Positions 22,923 through 34,326 of a DNA stretch of 64,000 nt are shown in pieces. Origin of the DNA: Octopus bimaculoides (lineage: Eukaryota); contig NC_068982.1 in the NCBI RefSeq assembly GCF_001194135.2, positions 129,558,597-129,622,596 of the forward strand. Direction: 5' to 3'. A model generated the notes under the pieces. That model saw nothing but the letters and a program-made list of their open reading frames with translations. It made no database searches and had not been told where the DNA came from. The position numbers and the translations under genes were made by a program. Position 1 is the first letter of the stretch, and every line of letters begins with the position of its first letter.

Positions 22923-23122
22923 TGCCATGATAGATCGCTGACCAAACCATTCAATTTTTTTTCTCCGTGTTTTTGTCCTTGTTTTCTCCGTATTCTTTCT
23001 GTTGAAGAGCGTAGCTCGAAACGTTAAAGACTTTCTGTATTCCCGAGCGTTAAACTAATACATCCTTTTGTTGTTTACACCACCTGTCTTCGTCTGTTGT
23101 TGTTTTTTTCGTAAATTCTCCC
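22923..23122 (+). mobile_element. ~200-nt Penelope-like/retrozyme-like monomer inserted in (TA)n
   Basis: Flanked on both sides by TA arrays and contains a hammerhead-like core. Confidence 0.6.
22994..23030 (+). ncRNA. Minimal type-I hammerhead ribozyme motif (A6U core variant)
   Basis: UCUUU-CUGUUGA-A-GAGC(GUA)GCUC-GAAA-CGUU-AAAGA: stem I 5 bp, stem II 4 bp, palindromic ACGU stem III. Confidence 0.6.
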
Positions 23123-24194
23123 ATATATATATATATACACACACATACTCACACGCACACATTCACATACCTCCCTTTTACATGCACACACATATACTCA
23201 CACAGAGATGAAATGTTGATTTTTTTTCATCCCTTCCTTCCTTATTCATCTATCACCCCTTCCTTTCTCCATTGCTATTACTTTCTCTCACTCACTCTCA
23301 GTCAGGGCTATTACTCTCACTACTTCTCCTTCACTGAATTACTATTTTCTCTCCTCTCTCTTCACTTATACTAGTCTTTCTCCTACTCCACCCTACTCCT
23401 ACTCTGTGATTTTGGACAAATATGTATTTTCATTTTCCCCCTTCTTGAAAATTTGCCATGCAATGAAAGCTAGTTAGAAACCCTTTTTAACCCTTCTTAC
23501 ACACATCTATATTAAAATATGTTTTCAGTTTAGCATTCTGCCTTTTTATTATTATTATTTTTTCTTTTCCTATTATCTCTCCACGTGCGGTTAACACAAC
23601 CCCAACATTTACATACAAATATATTAAAACACTATGTTCATTATTATATTAGGAGATGACATAAGTATAAACAGGCAAACAACAGGTATGAGGTTAGATT
23701 ATGACATTTATATATCTAAACATGAAGGTTGAGTCATTACACGAATACAGATCATATGAAAGAAAGAAAAAGTGTGCAGATAGTCTCTGAAAGCTGTTTC
23801 AATATGTTGATCTACAGATGGTGCATTTTTCTGCAAACAATCAACAGTCAACCTTATAGTAGCAATCTATTCCATCATCGGAGGGAGAATGAGCTGAATT
23901 CTATATTACCTGTGCGCGCATGTGTGTGTGTGTGTGCGTGTGTGTATAATATACACACACAGACACATGTGACTGTGCACACATATACATACACTTACAT
24001 ATATTGCTAAATGTCTTATTAGATATGTAGACAGATATGCTATAAATTTTAATAAACAGAAATATTAAGGGAAAAGAGGACTTGTATATAGTAAAATATA
24101 TGTTTGGAATATATATATTATTTATACAATACTATATTATAGACTTATTCAAGTTGCTTTTACCATTCAGTTTCAAATATAAGAATTGGGGAAC

Positions 24195-24232
<38 letters not shown>

Positions 24233-24636
24233 CATGTGTATGTATGTGTATATGTTTGCATGCATGTATGTATTATATATTGTGTATCAAAACACATCTA
24301 GTTTTGTGGTCAATGTACACATTTGCCATGCGAGTATTAAAACAGATAATAGATGTTTAAGATGTCTTGGTTAATTGTTTGATACTGAAACTTTAACTGC
24401 TATTATTAAATGGATTTGGTCTCAAATTTTACAGTTTATAGCTGTTGGTGCAATGATTGACACTATGTTTGTGCATCTTGGTGTATGTATAGAAGAAAAT
24501 AATATTGATACATATTTGAATTTTGCATTCTGTTCTTTTCTGAAGTTCTTGAATATATAGTATTGACCAGTATGTTGCCAGCATCAGATAGCATTGGTTT
24601 CTGTAAAAATAAAAATAAAAACTGAATATTATAACC

Positions 24637-24639
<3 letters not shown>

Positions 24640-24689
<50 letters not shown>

Positions 24690-24810
24690 ATGTATGTATG
24701 TATGTATGTATGTATGTAGGTATGGGTGTATGGGTGTATGTTTGGATGTCTGTGTAGATAGATAGACATACAGACAGACAGGTAGATAGATAAATAGATA
24801 GATAGATAGA
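24640..24810. repeat. (CA)n(TATG)n(GATA)n compound microsatellite
   Basis: Directly visible. Confidence 0.92.
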
Positions 24811-24833
24811 TATGAATGACAAAAAAGAAGTTA

Positions 24834-25225
24834 GGCGCAGGAGTGGCTGTGTGGTAAGTAGCTTGCTTACCAGCCACATGGTTCCGGGTTCAGTTTCACT
24901 GCATGGCACCTTGGGCAAGTGTCTTCTACTATAGCCTCGGGCCGACCAAAGCCTTGTGAGTGGATTTAGTGGATGGAAACTGAAAGAAGCCCGTCGAATA
25001 TATGTATATGTATATATGTGTGTATATGTTTGTCCCCCCAACATCGCTTGACAACTGGTACTGATGTGTTTGCATTCCCGTAAAGTAGCAGTTCAGCAAA
25101 AGAGACCGATAGAATAAGTACTAGGCTTCCAAAGAATAAGTCCTGGAGTCGATTTGCTCGACTAAAGGCAGTGCTCCAGCATGGCCGCAGTCAAATGACT
25201 GAAACAAGTAAAAGAGAGAAAGAGT
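24834..25225 (+). mobile_element. Full-length tRNA-derived SINE
   Basis: Near-identical to 6563-6942. Confidence 0.88.
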
Positions 25226-25372
25226 ATGTCATTTTCATTAGCTTACTGCTGTTTCAGCCACATGGAACTGTACACTAACTAACAGTTGAGTACCACTATG
25301 ACATCTTATAACTTCATATATATATATATAGTAGAATAATAAAAAGGAAGTTCTTGGCACAGTATTATATAT

Positions 25373-26120
25373 TTGAAAAAAATGAGTTGAGAGTAGCTTT
25401 TGCGGGGAGCGGGGATGATTTTTATTTTAATAATGTTTACAGTGAGTTACTCTGTTTACAAGTTTCAAGCTTCATATAACTGCTTTCAAACTGAAAAATA
25501 TATGTTTTACTGGTTGTTTAAATAGAAAAAAAATTCAGATAACAAAAAATATATATAAAAAAATACAAAAGTATATGTGTAGAAGAAGAAGAAGAAGAAG
25601 AAGAAGGGGGAAATGGAATAAAGCTAAAAGTAAAAATAAATATAAAAATAGTAATCAAGAACATGGGGGGAAAGAAAGTTAAGTACATCAAGAATAAAGA
25701 AATGGAATATTTTGGAGTGGTCAAAATATTCCATTTCTTTATTCTTGATGTACTTAACTCTCTCCTTCCCCCATATTCTCAGTCACTATTTTTATATTTA
25801 TTTTTACTTTTAGTTTTATTCCATTTCCCCCTTCTTCTTCTTCTTCTTCTTCTTCTTCTTCTTCTTCTTCTTCTTTCTTTCTTTCTTTCTTTCTTTATTT
25901 CTTTCTTTCTTTCTTTCTTCTACACATGTGCTTTTGTATTTTATTTTTATATATATTTTCTGCTATTTAAGCAACCAGTAAAACATACATTTTTCAGTTT
26001 GAAAACAATCATTTGAAGCTTGAAACTCATAAACAGAGTAACTCACTGCAAACATTATTAAAATAAAAATCATCCCCACTCCCTGCAAAAGCTACTATGA
26101 ATAGAGTTGTTTTTGTTCAA
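25373..26120. repeat. ~750-bp imperfect palindrome with a 7-nt loop
   Basis: Arms ~25392-25714 and 25722-26096. The innermost 37 bp pair perfectly around loop GAGTGGT. Confidence 0.95.
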
Positions 26121-27712
26121 ACTATGCTACATACATTTAGATAGCATGTCTATTTATTTGTTCACAATGTATTACATAATGATATTATATAATGTGAATT
26201 ACATAACCAAACCATTTCTTGAGGCATCTTGAACAGTTGACAGTTAAAATTGGTTTGTATGTGTATCTATTCTTTTATTCTTTTACTTGTTTCAGTTATT
26301 TAACTGTGGCCATGCTGGAGCACTGCCTTTAGTTGAACAAATCGATCCCTAGGCTTATTCTTTGTAAGCTTGTTACTAATTCTATTGGCCTCTTTGGCTG
26401 AACTGCTAAGTTATCTATATAATCATTTAATGTCAGCTACTCTGCAGGCATGGGTTGGCTGGTTCAACAGGACCTGATGAACTGGAGAACTATGTCAGGC
26501 TCCAATGTTTACTTAGCATGATTTCTATAACTGGAACCTCTTCATAATGCCAACCATTTTACAGAGTGGACTGGGTGCTTTTTTTTGTGACATTAGCACT
26601 AGTGAAGATTGTTTCAGGCTAAAGTGCCTGAAATGGTTTCTACAACTGAGGGAGAATAGAAGAGAGAGCATGCAATGATTCTAAGTAGGGGATGTAAGTG
26701 AGAGGAGAGGACCAGATTTATAGTTACAATTGGATGGCTGTGGAGGGAGTGACAGTAAGCATTAAGTAGTTAGTAGTATGGCAAAGAACAAGGGAGAGTG
26801 AAGGGATCAGTGTCAAGGGTTATTGAGAAAAATGGGAGGACAGAGTAGGAAGGTGATAGGGTGAATTGTTAGGTGGGGAAAAGAGGAAATGGGGGATGTA
26901 ATAGACTAGGGTGGAGAGGAATTATAAGAGAGTCATACTCTCTAGGTTCATATTGATTTCTTTTATTGGTGGAAGGTCATAAATTTGTCAGGTAGGATTT
27001 TAATTGAGTAGACCTTGTATGGTAAATATCTATTAATCCTTGTGAAGAAAGGCAAATTCAACAGTTGTTATGCTTGTTAGATTAAATGATTTTGTATGTG
27101 AATTTAATATTTTTGTCATTATCATATCTATTTAACTTTAGCACATTATAATGAAAGTTATTACTTTGGCTCAAAACCACAAATTTTGAAAGAAGATTGC
27201 AGTCAATCTGATTGATCTAATATTTGACTGCTTTTTCTCAATATCAATCTTAGAAAGAAAGTAAAGTCAACCATGTTAAGGTTTGAATTTAGCAATATAA
27301 AGCAACTAAAGGCTATAAGATATTCAGTTTAACTTTCTACAGTTTCTACGAACCACTGTTTTCTGCTGTAGTGCTTGTCTAAAATACCTTATAATGTTTT
27401 GCTATATTTCATTATATTCTGAGTTCAGATTTTTGGCGGGATTTTATAAGGGTTATTTTTGCATTTCATCTTGGGATCAATTTAATGGGCTATTATTACT
27501 TTTTCCATACAAATATCCGATTCCATCTCAGAATTAGAAATTATGATTTTGAGAATACAATAGTTTTAATTCAGATTTCTTTAGCAGAACAATAAAGAAT
27601 AATTTACTGGTGATGTACACTGATATACTTTAATGTTGTTTTAGTTCAATGCCGCAATAACAAATCTAAAGACTGAAAGAAAAAAAACTGCAGAATAAAT
27701 TATGAATTTCTT

Positions 27713-28941
27713 TCAAGATCTTTCATACATACCAAGGGAAACATTGCCTGCAGCTGCTTTGGAAACATTATTCTTCATCAATGTTGGGTGGTTTGCTTGA
27801 GTAGTTATTTCAAGAGACAATATTTTCCTTAGTGTCAGACTCACTAAATTCAAGTTACTCATGACAGGAGAACTCCCATTATGTTTGGCCACAGTGGTAT
27901 TTGTTGAAACATTGGTCTCATTCTTTGCACCAGTGTCTCTCTCTGCATTAGTCTTATTTGACACTGTTGCATTTGCCTTGTTGTTCTTACATCTAATTTC
28001 ATCTGCAGCAGAAGAGTTGGAAATTTCAGCTGCACTCCTGACTGCATACTGAGAACCATTTACTTTTTTGATCTTACTTTTTGTGTTTGGTGTGACAGCT
28101 TCAGCACTATCATTTCTCACAGCAGTACCATTTATAGTTTGTTGATCATTGTTTATAGTTTCATTGGTAGCGGTCTTGTTTGGCATGTCACCCCTCTTGC
28201 TGAGGTCTGTTAATTCTTCCTGGAAACTTTCTGCTTCGAGTGCTACAAAGTTTTTGACTGTGGATGATTCTGGAAGATTATCAAGGTTTTGGTCAGTGTC
28301 ATTTGTACGTCGGGTCATTGAAATATTTTGCCCTTGGCCTGTACTGGTAGAGTTAGGACCCTTTTCTACATTTCCTCTATTGGCAATATTTGAATCATTC
28401 ACTGTTCTTATTTCCCTTGTTATTTTTCCATCTGAAGAATTAACATTTTTCATAGTTGTTTCTTCACTATTTTTTACCGCTGTGCCATTTTCTCCTGTTG
28501 TATTTCCCCTAGGGGACAGATTCACAAGTTGATGATCTTCAGTTTTTACACTACTATTTAAAGTTTCTTGTGTGTTATCGTTTATGTGTTCGGTTGAGTT
28601 CCTTGATGTATTTACAGCTGTATCATTTGTAACTTCTAAATTATTTCCAGTAGAAACATTGCTTTCTGGAGCTTTGTCTTCAGTCTCAAAATTGAAACGT
28701 TGGGTATCTGTCACAGGACTCACATTTTTATCGTTAGAAACAGTAGAGGTTTTACTGTAATTGACAGTTTTGTTTGGGTGTGAGACAGAGCTATTGCTTG
28801 AGTCATCAGCTTGCACCACAGAGTTATTAGATTGCTGGATATTTTTTGCTTGTAATGTTATCTTTGAAGAGTCATTCTGAGCTGCCTTGGATGATGGTTG
28901 ATCTTGAATAATTACCATATTCAAAGTAGCATTTTCTGAGA
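27713..28941 (-). CDS. Orphan secreted glycoprotein, coding exon 3: ~403-aa Asn/Ser/Thr-rich stalk (3' boundary uncertain: donor at 27732 or read-through to stop at 27713)
   Basis: The only long clean ORF in the window. ttttcag acceptor at 28942 is phase 1, matching the upstream exon. About 34 N-X-S/T sequons by manual count. Confidence 0.85.
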
Positions 28942-29871
28942 CTGAAAATAAAAATTATAGAATTTAAAACTGTAAGCAGCAATCACAAAGAAATGTTAAT
29001 TATTGGAATAGTCAAGAACTCTGGTGAATTTAGAAAGCTAAGTGGCAACAGTAATAATATTTGTTTCATGTGAAATCATTTGTTTCTATTGTTCTATTTA
29101 TAAAATATTTTGAAGCATTAAATTTCATATTTCTGAGGCAAGGGATTTCTGTCACTGTACCAGCAATATCTATAAGTTTAATGTAATGAAATAGTTGAAA
29201 TCATTTAGATGTTCAATGTAATGAAATATATAAATGAAACAAACATGGTCATGTGGTTAGGAAGTTTGCTTCTCAATCATGCAGCTTCAGGTTCAGTCCT
29301 ATTGTGCCACACCTTTTGCAAGTGTCTTCTACTATATCCTCAGACTGACCAATGCCTTGCAAGGGCATTTGATAGGCAGAAACTGAAAAAAGCCTGTGAT
29401 ATGTGTGCCTGTGTGTGTGTATACAAGTGCATGTGTATGTGTGCACATGCATGTATGAATGTTTACAAAACTACACTGAGCCATGACTTTTACCATTTGT
29501 GTTTGGACTGCAAATGGTGATGTTTGTTGGCATTTCCAATCAACAAATTGTCTGCTAGCTCTGTTTCCAAAAAAGAAATACTTCAATTGTGATTGAAAGT
29601 GCATTTGGTCATAAGAATCCTGCCTCTATTTCCTCTGTCTAAGCCATGCCAGTATGGTCATTAAATGATTCAAACAAATAAGTAAATGAATGAAATCCTT
29701 TAACATTAAAGTTAATTTTCTATTTTGATTTTGTTAAAAGGGGGGGAAAAAAAAAGCAGCAAAAAAAACTTTGATTTTGTCATAAGATTAAGTTCACAAT
29801 ATCAGAGTGTGAAGCTTGTGCAAGAAGTAAGAAGTTTGTTGCTGCATGGTTGTAATATTGAAAGAAGATTT

Positions 29872-30110
29872 TTAAGGCGGTGAGCTGGCAGAAATGTTAG
29901 CATGCCAGGTGAAATGCTAAGAGGTATTTCATCTGCCAGTATTTTGTTCTGAGTTCAAATTCCGCCGAGGTCGACTTTGCCCTTCATCCTTTCAGGGTTG
30001 ATTAAATAAGTCCCAGTTATGCACTGGGGTCAATGTAATCAACTTATCCCTTTGTCTGATTTTGTTTGTCCCCGCTATGTTTATCCCCCTGTGGGCAATA
30101 AAGAAATAAA
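29872..30110 (-). mobile_element. Nin/Meta-type core SINE copy
   Basis: Reverse complement of the 22263-22480 type. Confidence 0.8.
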
Positions 30111-30539
30111 TAATGAAAGAAGATCATCTGCAGAGAACTGAAAGAAAGAAATCAAGTATGAGGCATTGAATATGCAACTTTGAGCTAGAAGAAGTTAAGC
30201 ACAAGTTCTCAGGAGATAGACTGAGTAGGAAATTTTTTAAGTAATGTGAACAGAATTTGTTGCTGTACTTGTCTGGATATATAATAAAAATATACAACAC
30301 CTCAGTGAAAAAGAATTGAGCTAAACCTAGAACATGGAAAGGAGTGAAAAAATTGGGTGTCTGACTTGGTCATAGAATTACTTCTGGCCTTCAATCTCAG
30401 GCTTAAAAATATCTAAATGTTCACCTATGGTGCATTGATAACTTTTAAGAAACAACTATGTACAGTTACTTGCATTAACTGGTGATTAAAATTCTTAGAT
30501 TTAGTTAAAAATCTATGGAAAGCCAAAAATCTGTCAAAG

Positions 30540-30845
30540 CAGTGCTACTCAAAGTGGTAGTCCATGGACCAGTGCTGGTCTGTGAGCCATCAGCTGCTAG
30601 TATGCGGTGAGTTTTCAGAAAAGAAAGAAAAATTATAAAATACTTATGTAATATTGTATTATTTGTTTAGAAACATAAGATAAAAAAAGATAAAATTTAA
30701 AAAAATTGTCAACTTATATTATATTCATTATATATTGTTTCCAATATAAATTAATATTACTAAGAAGTATTACTGGTCCCTGGCACATTGGAAAAAAAAA
30801 GAAAAAACTGCTGGTACGCCACATCAGGTAGTTTGAGAAGCACTG
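30540..30845. mobile_element. hAT-type MITE
   Basis: TIRs CAGTGCTACTCAAA / TTTGAGAAGCACTG. 8-bp TSD tgtcaaag / tgttaaag (7 of 8 match). Confidence 0.88.
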
Positions 30846-31483
30846 TGTTAAAGCCCTTTATTCAACTACCAGCTCAAAGATTCCCACTTGCCAAAATTTT
30901 GATGGGCCTTTATAAGAGTAAAGACCCCTTGAAAGTCACCTAATTTTACCTTTCTTTAACTTAACTCAGAAACTTGAAACATGAAATTTGTTTTAGAATC
31001 CCTTAAATTCAACTTATATTTCATCACTGACAACCATACAAATATTTTATTACAATTGTTTCTTGAAAGGCTTATAAAACTAGAAACTATTCTAAACTGT
31101 CCATATTTCTTGCATTGGCAGAAATTTGTTGAGGGAGAGTAAAGTCTACTGAAATAACTCCGAACTAGTGATTTGGTGGAATCATTGGAGTACTGGATAA
31201 AATGCCTTGTGAAATTTGTTTTGACTTTCTGAACCCTGAGTTCAAACTCCGCTGAGATCAACTTTGCCTTTCATTCTTTCAGATTAAATAAAAAAAGTAG
31301 TGGATTGGCGGAAGTGTTAGAATGTTGGTCCAGATACCTTGTGGTATTTGTTCTGGCTCTTTATGTTCTGAGTTTGAATCCTTCCACAATCCCTTTGATA
31401 TTTAATATCATCACCTGACACAATGGATGCCTTTAGAGGAATTTACCCTCCATTTCAAAGATATTTTTCTCCCTCCCTCTCAC

Positions 31484-31696
31484 CACATTTGCTGGCCCTG
31501 ACTGAAAAAGAAAATTCACCAATTGAAAACTCTATAAATGGAAAATGCTCTGATGAGTACTTACAGTCCTTGGTGCACATAAGATAAGGGACATTTCCGT
31601 CATTGTCATCAACACATTTACAGTTGTAGGGAGAGCCATTAAATGACAATGTTTTGTTTTGTTGGGTTAGTATAGAAACATTCTTGTAGTAACAAT
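31484..31696 (-). CDS. Orphan secreted glycoprotein, coding exon 2: 6-Cys module (N)CYYKNVSILTQQNKTLSFNGSPYNCKCVDDNDGNVPYLMCTKDCKYSSEHFPFIEFSIGEFSFSVRASKC
   Basis: ttgcag acceptor, gtgaga donor. Symmetric phase 1/1, 213 nt, no stops. Confidence 0.8.
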
Positions 31697-32807
31697 CTGC
31701 AATGGAAATTCATCTCACTTAACACATATATCTGCATAACTACTAATATAAATACCTGCATACCTACAAACCTACCTTCCTCTCACTGCATTGATCTACC
31801 CAGCCAGTTATATATCATATCTTTTGTCTCTCTCTTCCTACCTTTGTATATCATTACCTACCAAACTATGCTTCTAAATTTTTATTTACAAGCAAATAAG
31901 AATCAGAGTGCAGGGACATTAATAATGATTTGTGTTGATAAAAATCATTTAACAAAGTTCACAATATGGTTTAGTTTTAATGCCAAGGAAGGCATGAGTT
32001 CTAACATTTTGAGCAAAGCCATTTCTTCAGGAAGAGAAATATTTAAATGTTCAAGATATCACTGAGCTAATAGGTTTTACATAGTTTTATCTAAAGAATG
32101 GCTTTCTTTGAAATGTAAGTACTCATATTTCCTTATGGCATATAAACTTACATATTTCTTTAACAATTTATCCAGATTTTGATACTATTTACCTATTTAT
32201 CTAGTTTCTTCTTTAACTATTTATTTGCCAACCTGTTATCTACATAAATTCATATGTATTTATCTCCATCCCTCTCTGTTTACCATCTTAACAGATGTAC
32301 AATCCTATCTGGTTATGTGTCCTGGGCAAGACATTAAATGCATCTGGTGGTAAAGTCCCAGCAAGGGAGTTCAGGAGTTTTACAAAAAGTGTGGAGATGG
32401 GAAATGAGTGAGAAAAAGAGAGGTAGGCAACACCAACAATACAAGAGAGGAAGAAAGGGGGCAGTCAGAGATGAGTAGTCAGTGCAGAACAGTAGAATAG
32501 TAATGAGGATACAGTAGACAGGAGAAGGATGAGGGAGATAATAAGTTGTTGGGCAGGTCACAGGAATGAGTGGGGAAGAGTAAGTAGTCAATACAGTATT
32601 GAAACAAAAACTGTTTTTAGTTCTTCACACTCTAAAAGCCTTGATACTTGTAAAAAGTTCAGTTTGATATAGTTATTATACCAGGGGAAAAAATGGTAAC
32701 AAAGAAAGAAAATTATATCTCAAATCAGTTTATAAACAGACTGAAAAAGTTAGTTGTAAATTTTTGCTGCTAGCATAGAAATGTTATAAATTTAGAATCT
32801 TACTTAC

Positions 32808-32868
32808 TTTTATCAGCAGAGCAAATTGACAGCAATAAGATGAAAATAATTTGAAAAGTAGTTTCCAT
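32808..32868 (-). CDS. Orphan secreted glycoprotein, coding exon 1: signal peptide METTFQIIFILLLSICSA|DK
   Basis: aacag acceptor at 32870, then G-ATG, a hydrophobic core and a phase-1 gtaagt donor at 32807. Confidence 0.8.
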
Positions 32869-33284
32869 CCTGTTCTAATAAATAAAATGAAATGTCAATT
32901 GATGATATCTATTAAAGAAAAACAAAATACATTGAAATACAATTTAAATGGCTTTTGCCTGTGATGTTTCTAGAAAATAATTGAGATGAAGGAGTGACAG
33001 CCTACAGATGATGGACTGTATTTAGTGGTTACTGCAAGACATTAGAAGTAAGGGGGCACAGTACAGCTGACAAGAAGAGGAGAAGAAACAAGTTAGAGGG
33101 GGTCTAAGTAGAGATGACACAAGACCAGCTAGTCCCAAAGAACAGAAACCACTATAGTAGCAGTACTGGAAAAGTTGCAGAGAAGACACAGAACATATGT
33201 AAACCCAAGGCTGGAATGTGTTGGTGACAAGTATTTTAATAGCAATCAGTCAGTTGATCTTTTTTCTATTAATGCAGTCTAGAA

Positions 33285-33325
<41 letters not shown>

Positions 33326-33960
33326 CAGCAGCAGCACTGCTCCAAATAGAGAAGTAGTATTCCATTGAGCTTTTGGATAGTATTAATAACTGTCGGAGAA
33401 CTGAAATAGTGATGGAGGCAGTACAGTAATGACAGTAGTGTGGTATTAGTGATGGTATGGTATGGTGTAAGAATGGTGGAGATGTGGTACCATCAATAGA
33501 GTGCTAAACAAAATACCATTAGTATATTGATATAAACTACCTTTAGTTTCTTTCAGCTGTTTTGCAGCATACTACATGGGAAGAGGTTATTAAAAATTAA
33601 GATAGCTTTAAACTTTTTAATCTTGTCCACACCATGACAAAGAAAGAAGAATTATATGGATATAAACTCTATTTTGTCTTCTCCTTAATAAAGATGTGCC
33701 AAAATTGACTTCACCTTTCATCTTTTGGGTTTGATAAGATAAGTACCAGTTGAGTAATGGGGTCAAGTAATCAACTCACTCCCTCCTTTAAAACTGCTGG
33801 CCTTGTGCCAAAATTAGAACTAGAAAGAGTTGATAAAGGAAATGGAGTGAGTAGCAAAAGAATTTCACAAATATTTTTGATAGGAGTCTGATGCTTGCCA
33901 GTTTGAGAGCAACTGATGTATATGGTGTATATATAGCATTCATAAGAACATGTCAGAGAT

Positions 33961-34326
33961 TGTACATTATTTATATTATTTACATTCAACGGATATTTGT
34001 CCTCATCTTGTTTGTTGTTAGCACAACATTTCGGCTGATATACTCTCCAGCCTTCTTCAGGTGTCTTGGGGAAATTTCGAACCTGGGTTCTCATTCCGAA
34101 GGTATTTTTCAATGTTATTATTATTATTGTTGTTATTGTTGTTATTATTGTTTAGGTCACTGCTTGGAATCGAACTCGGAATCTTGGGGTTAGTAGCTTG
34201 CACTCTTAACCACACTTAACCGCTCTTAAACGTTGTGTTAACAACAAACAAGATGAGGACAAATATCCATCGAATGTAAATAATGTAAATAATGTACATA
34301 ATTCCTCATCTCTTAAATATAGAACA
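33961..34326 (-). mobile_element. Composite element: tRNA-derived head + (AAT/AAC)n + Penelope-like hammerhead unit, with an inverted partial copy
   Basis: Minus-strand head 34213-34154 with B box GAGTTCGATTCC. Arms 33961-34031 and 34228-34298 are inverted (66 of 71 identical). Confidence 0.7.
34020..34065 (-). ncRNA. Minimal type-I hammerhead ribozyme motif
   Basis: GACAC-CUGAAGA-A-GGCUG(GAGAGUAUAU)CAGCC-GAAA-UGUU-GUGCU. The inverted copy preserves AAACGUUGUGUU, suggesting the ancestral ACGU stem III. Confidence 0.7.
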
